A DNA stretch of 37,070 bases, from contig NC_069004.1 in the NCBI RefSeq assembly GCF_001194135.2, positions 28,339,310 to 28,376,379 of the forward strand, read 5' to 3'. The notes beneath the pieces were generated by a model. It searched no databases. It was not told where the DNA came from and was given only the letters and a program-made list of their open reading frames with translations. This stretch comes from Octopus bimaculoides (taxonomy: Eukaryota). A program made the translations under genes and the position numbers. Positions 34,946-37,070 of the stretch are shown piece by piece; position 1 is the first letter of the stretch, and each line of letters starts with the position of its first letter.

Positions 34946-35175
34946 TAACGAGCTGGCAGAGTCGTTAGTAGGGTGGACAAAAAACGCTTTGCAGAATTTC
35001 TTCCAATCCTTCATGTTCTGTGAGGTCAACTTTGCCTTTAATCCTTTCAGGTCCAATAAAATAAAGTACCAGTTTGGTACTTGTGNNNNNNNNNNGGGGG
35101 GGGGTCAATGTGATTGACTAATCCCCTCCCCTACTAAAGCTTCTGGCCCTGTGCCAAAATTTGGACAATAATTTC
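34946..35175 (+). mobile_element. SINE family A, decayed, spanning a 10-N gap
   Basis: cgagctggcagagtcgttag head and gtgccaaaatttgg end. Confidence 0.7.
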
Positions 35176-35230
35176 ACAAATATGTGTAAACGTGTGTATG
35201 TATGTATAAGTGGTTATATGCTAGTATGTA

Positions 35231-35263
<33 letters not shown>

Positions 35264-36176
35264 ATGAGATTATTAGTTCAAGTGTATATCTCTAAATATT
35301 TACGATATGTAGTGGTGTGCATGCCTTTCAACATGTTGAGAGCAACAAAGTACATCTTACACACACACACAGCTCACAACCCCTTTATCGTCCCCTGGAC
35401 ACCCCCCGAACCTCTCCTTAAAAAACAAAACAAGAAGAAATCAAATAAGAAAAAAAAAAAAAANNNNNNNNNNNNNNNNNNNNNNNNNNNNNNNNNNNNN
35501 NNNNNNNNNNNNNNNNNNNNNNNNNNNNNNNNNNNNNNNNNNNNNNNNNNNNNNNNNNNNNNNNNNNNNNNNNNNNNNNNNNNNNNNNNNNNNNNNNNNN
35601 NNNNNNNNNNNNNNNNNNNNNNNNNNNNNNNNNNNNNNNNNNNNNNNNNNNNNNNNNNNNNNNNNNNNNNNNNNNNNNNNNNNNNNNNNNNNNNNNNNNN
35701 NNNNNNNNNNNNNNNNNNNNNNNNNNNNNNNNNNNNNNNNNNNNNNNNNNNNNNNNNNNNNNNNNNNNNNNNNNNNNNNNNNNNNNNNNNNNNNNNNNNN
35801 NNNNNNNNNNNNNNNNNNNNNNNNNNNNNNNNNNNNNNNNNNNNNNNNNNNNNNNNNNNNNNNNNNNNNNNNNNNNNNNNNNNNNNNNNNNNNNNNNNNN
35901 NNNNNNNNNNNNNNNNNNNNNNNNNNNNNNNNNNNNNNNNNNNNNNNNNNNNNNNNNNNNNNACACCGTCAGGAAAAAAGAAAACAACAAAAAAAAGGAA
36001 GGAAAAAATAACCAATTCCTTCTGATTCCTCCTCCTCCTCCTCCTTCTAATGTTGTGGTTGGCTGACTCACTCCCCCCACCACCCCACCCTCCTCCCTCT
36101 ATAGGGTGTATATATTTTTGGAATAAACTGACTAATGAAGAATATTTCTTGGTTGTCTATGATTTCAAGTATATGT

Positions 36177-36775
36177 TTGGAGAGAGAGAGAGAGAGAGAG
36201 AGAGTATAAGGTAGAGAGAGAAAGGCAGAGAGAGAGTATAAGGCAGAGAGAGAGAGAGTAAAGCACAGAGAAAGAGTGTAAGGTAGAGAGAGAAAGGTAG
36301 AAAGAGAGAGTGGGCAAGGCAGAGAGAGAGAGAGAGTATAAGGAGAGAAAGGCAGAGAGAGAGAGAAAGGCAGAGAGAGAGTGGGCAAGGCACACAGAGA
36401 GAGAGAGAATATAAGGAGAGAAAGGCAAAGAGAGAGAGAGAGAGTAAAGCACAGAGAAAGAGGGTGTAAGGCAGAGAGAGAGAGAGAGAGAGTAAAGCAG
36501 AGAAAGAGAGAATGAGACGATACGAGTGAGAGAAACGGAGATAGTGAGACTAGGAGGAGAGAGAGAGGCTGAGTGGAATAGAGAGAAACATATAATAGAA
36601 AAGGGAGAGAGAAAGAGAGAGGCAGAGATGGATGGGAGGAGTGAGGGGAAACAGAGGTAGTGTGAGAGTGAGGAGAGAGAGAAAGGAAGAGTAAGATTGA
36701 AATATAATGGAAGAGAGAGAGAAAGAAAGAGTAAAGCAAAGGGAGAGAGAGAGAGAGAAAGAAAGAGTAAAGCAA

Positions 36776-36814
<39 letters not shown>

Positions 36815-36898
36815 ACAAAGCAGAAGACAGAGATGGGCGATAAGAGTGAGGGAAAGAGAAAAGACAAGAGAGAGAGAGAGAAATAAAAAGGCAGACAT

Positions 36899-36932
<34 letters not shown>

Positions 36933-36960
36933 CAATAAAAGTGGAGGAAAGAGAGAGTGA
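36177..36960. repeat. (GA)n-rich polypurine tract with higher-order repeats
   Basis: Directly visible; explains the poly-SL ORFs. Confidence 0.95.
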
Positions 36961-37070
36961 GTAAGGGGGACAATTCAATGCGACTTGAAAGATTGTGTTT
37001 GCAAAAGTTGTGATTTCTACTGGAAAAAATTGAAGACACACAGCCCACCTATCCTCGTTTAAATGAATCA

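Noticed and set aside
36068-37048. Ser/Leu-rich ORFs of 163-326 aa
   Set aside because: They are translations of the (GA)n tract.
26534-37070. Search for the next FUT8 exon (expected K|YP.Y.F...SL.G...D...L...D.LVCTFSSQ)
   Set aside because: Candidate acceptors near 31157 and 33349 give no matching peptide; the exon is probably beyond the window or in a gap.
1-37070. CRISPR arrays, rRNA or prokaryotic operon features
   Set aside because: This is intron-containing animal DNA; recurring sequences are dispersed SINEs, not repeat-spacer arrays.

Overview
Repeat-rich, gapped animal genomic DNA with many N gaps and abundant (TA)n, (CA)n, (GA)n and trinucleotide microsatellites. The tRNA-SINE families and overall style suggest an octopod cephalopod (inference). 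The only firmly supported gene is a + strand alpha-1,6-fucosyltransferase (FUT8, GT23), seen as three consecutive, phase-compatible internal exons: 10436-10673, 25375-25621 and 26351-26533. Its upstream and downstream exons were not found and lie outside the window or in gaps. The rest is intronic: at least four tRNA-SINE families (about 25 copies, several with TSDs), decayed RTE, L1/Tx1 and R4-like LINE fragments, two hAT MITEs with perfect 8-bp TSDs, a piggyBac-like MITE, a ~1 kb TIR element and two ~230 bp foldback palindromes close to FUT8 exons. Most ORFs in the supplied track are microsatellite or N-gap artefacts. Best leads: a possible spliced antisense transcript or microprotein nested in the 14.7 kb intron, dsRNA-forming structures around FUT8 exons, a 5'-to-3' CpG decay gradient, and modular, microsatellite-carrying SINEs. 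No clearly novel system can be established from sequence alone.
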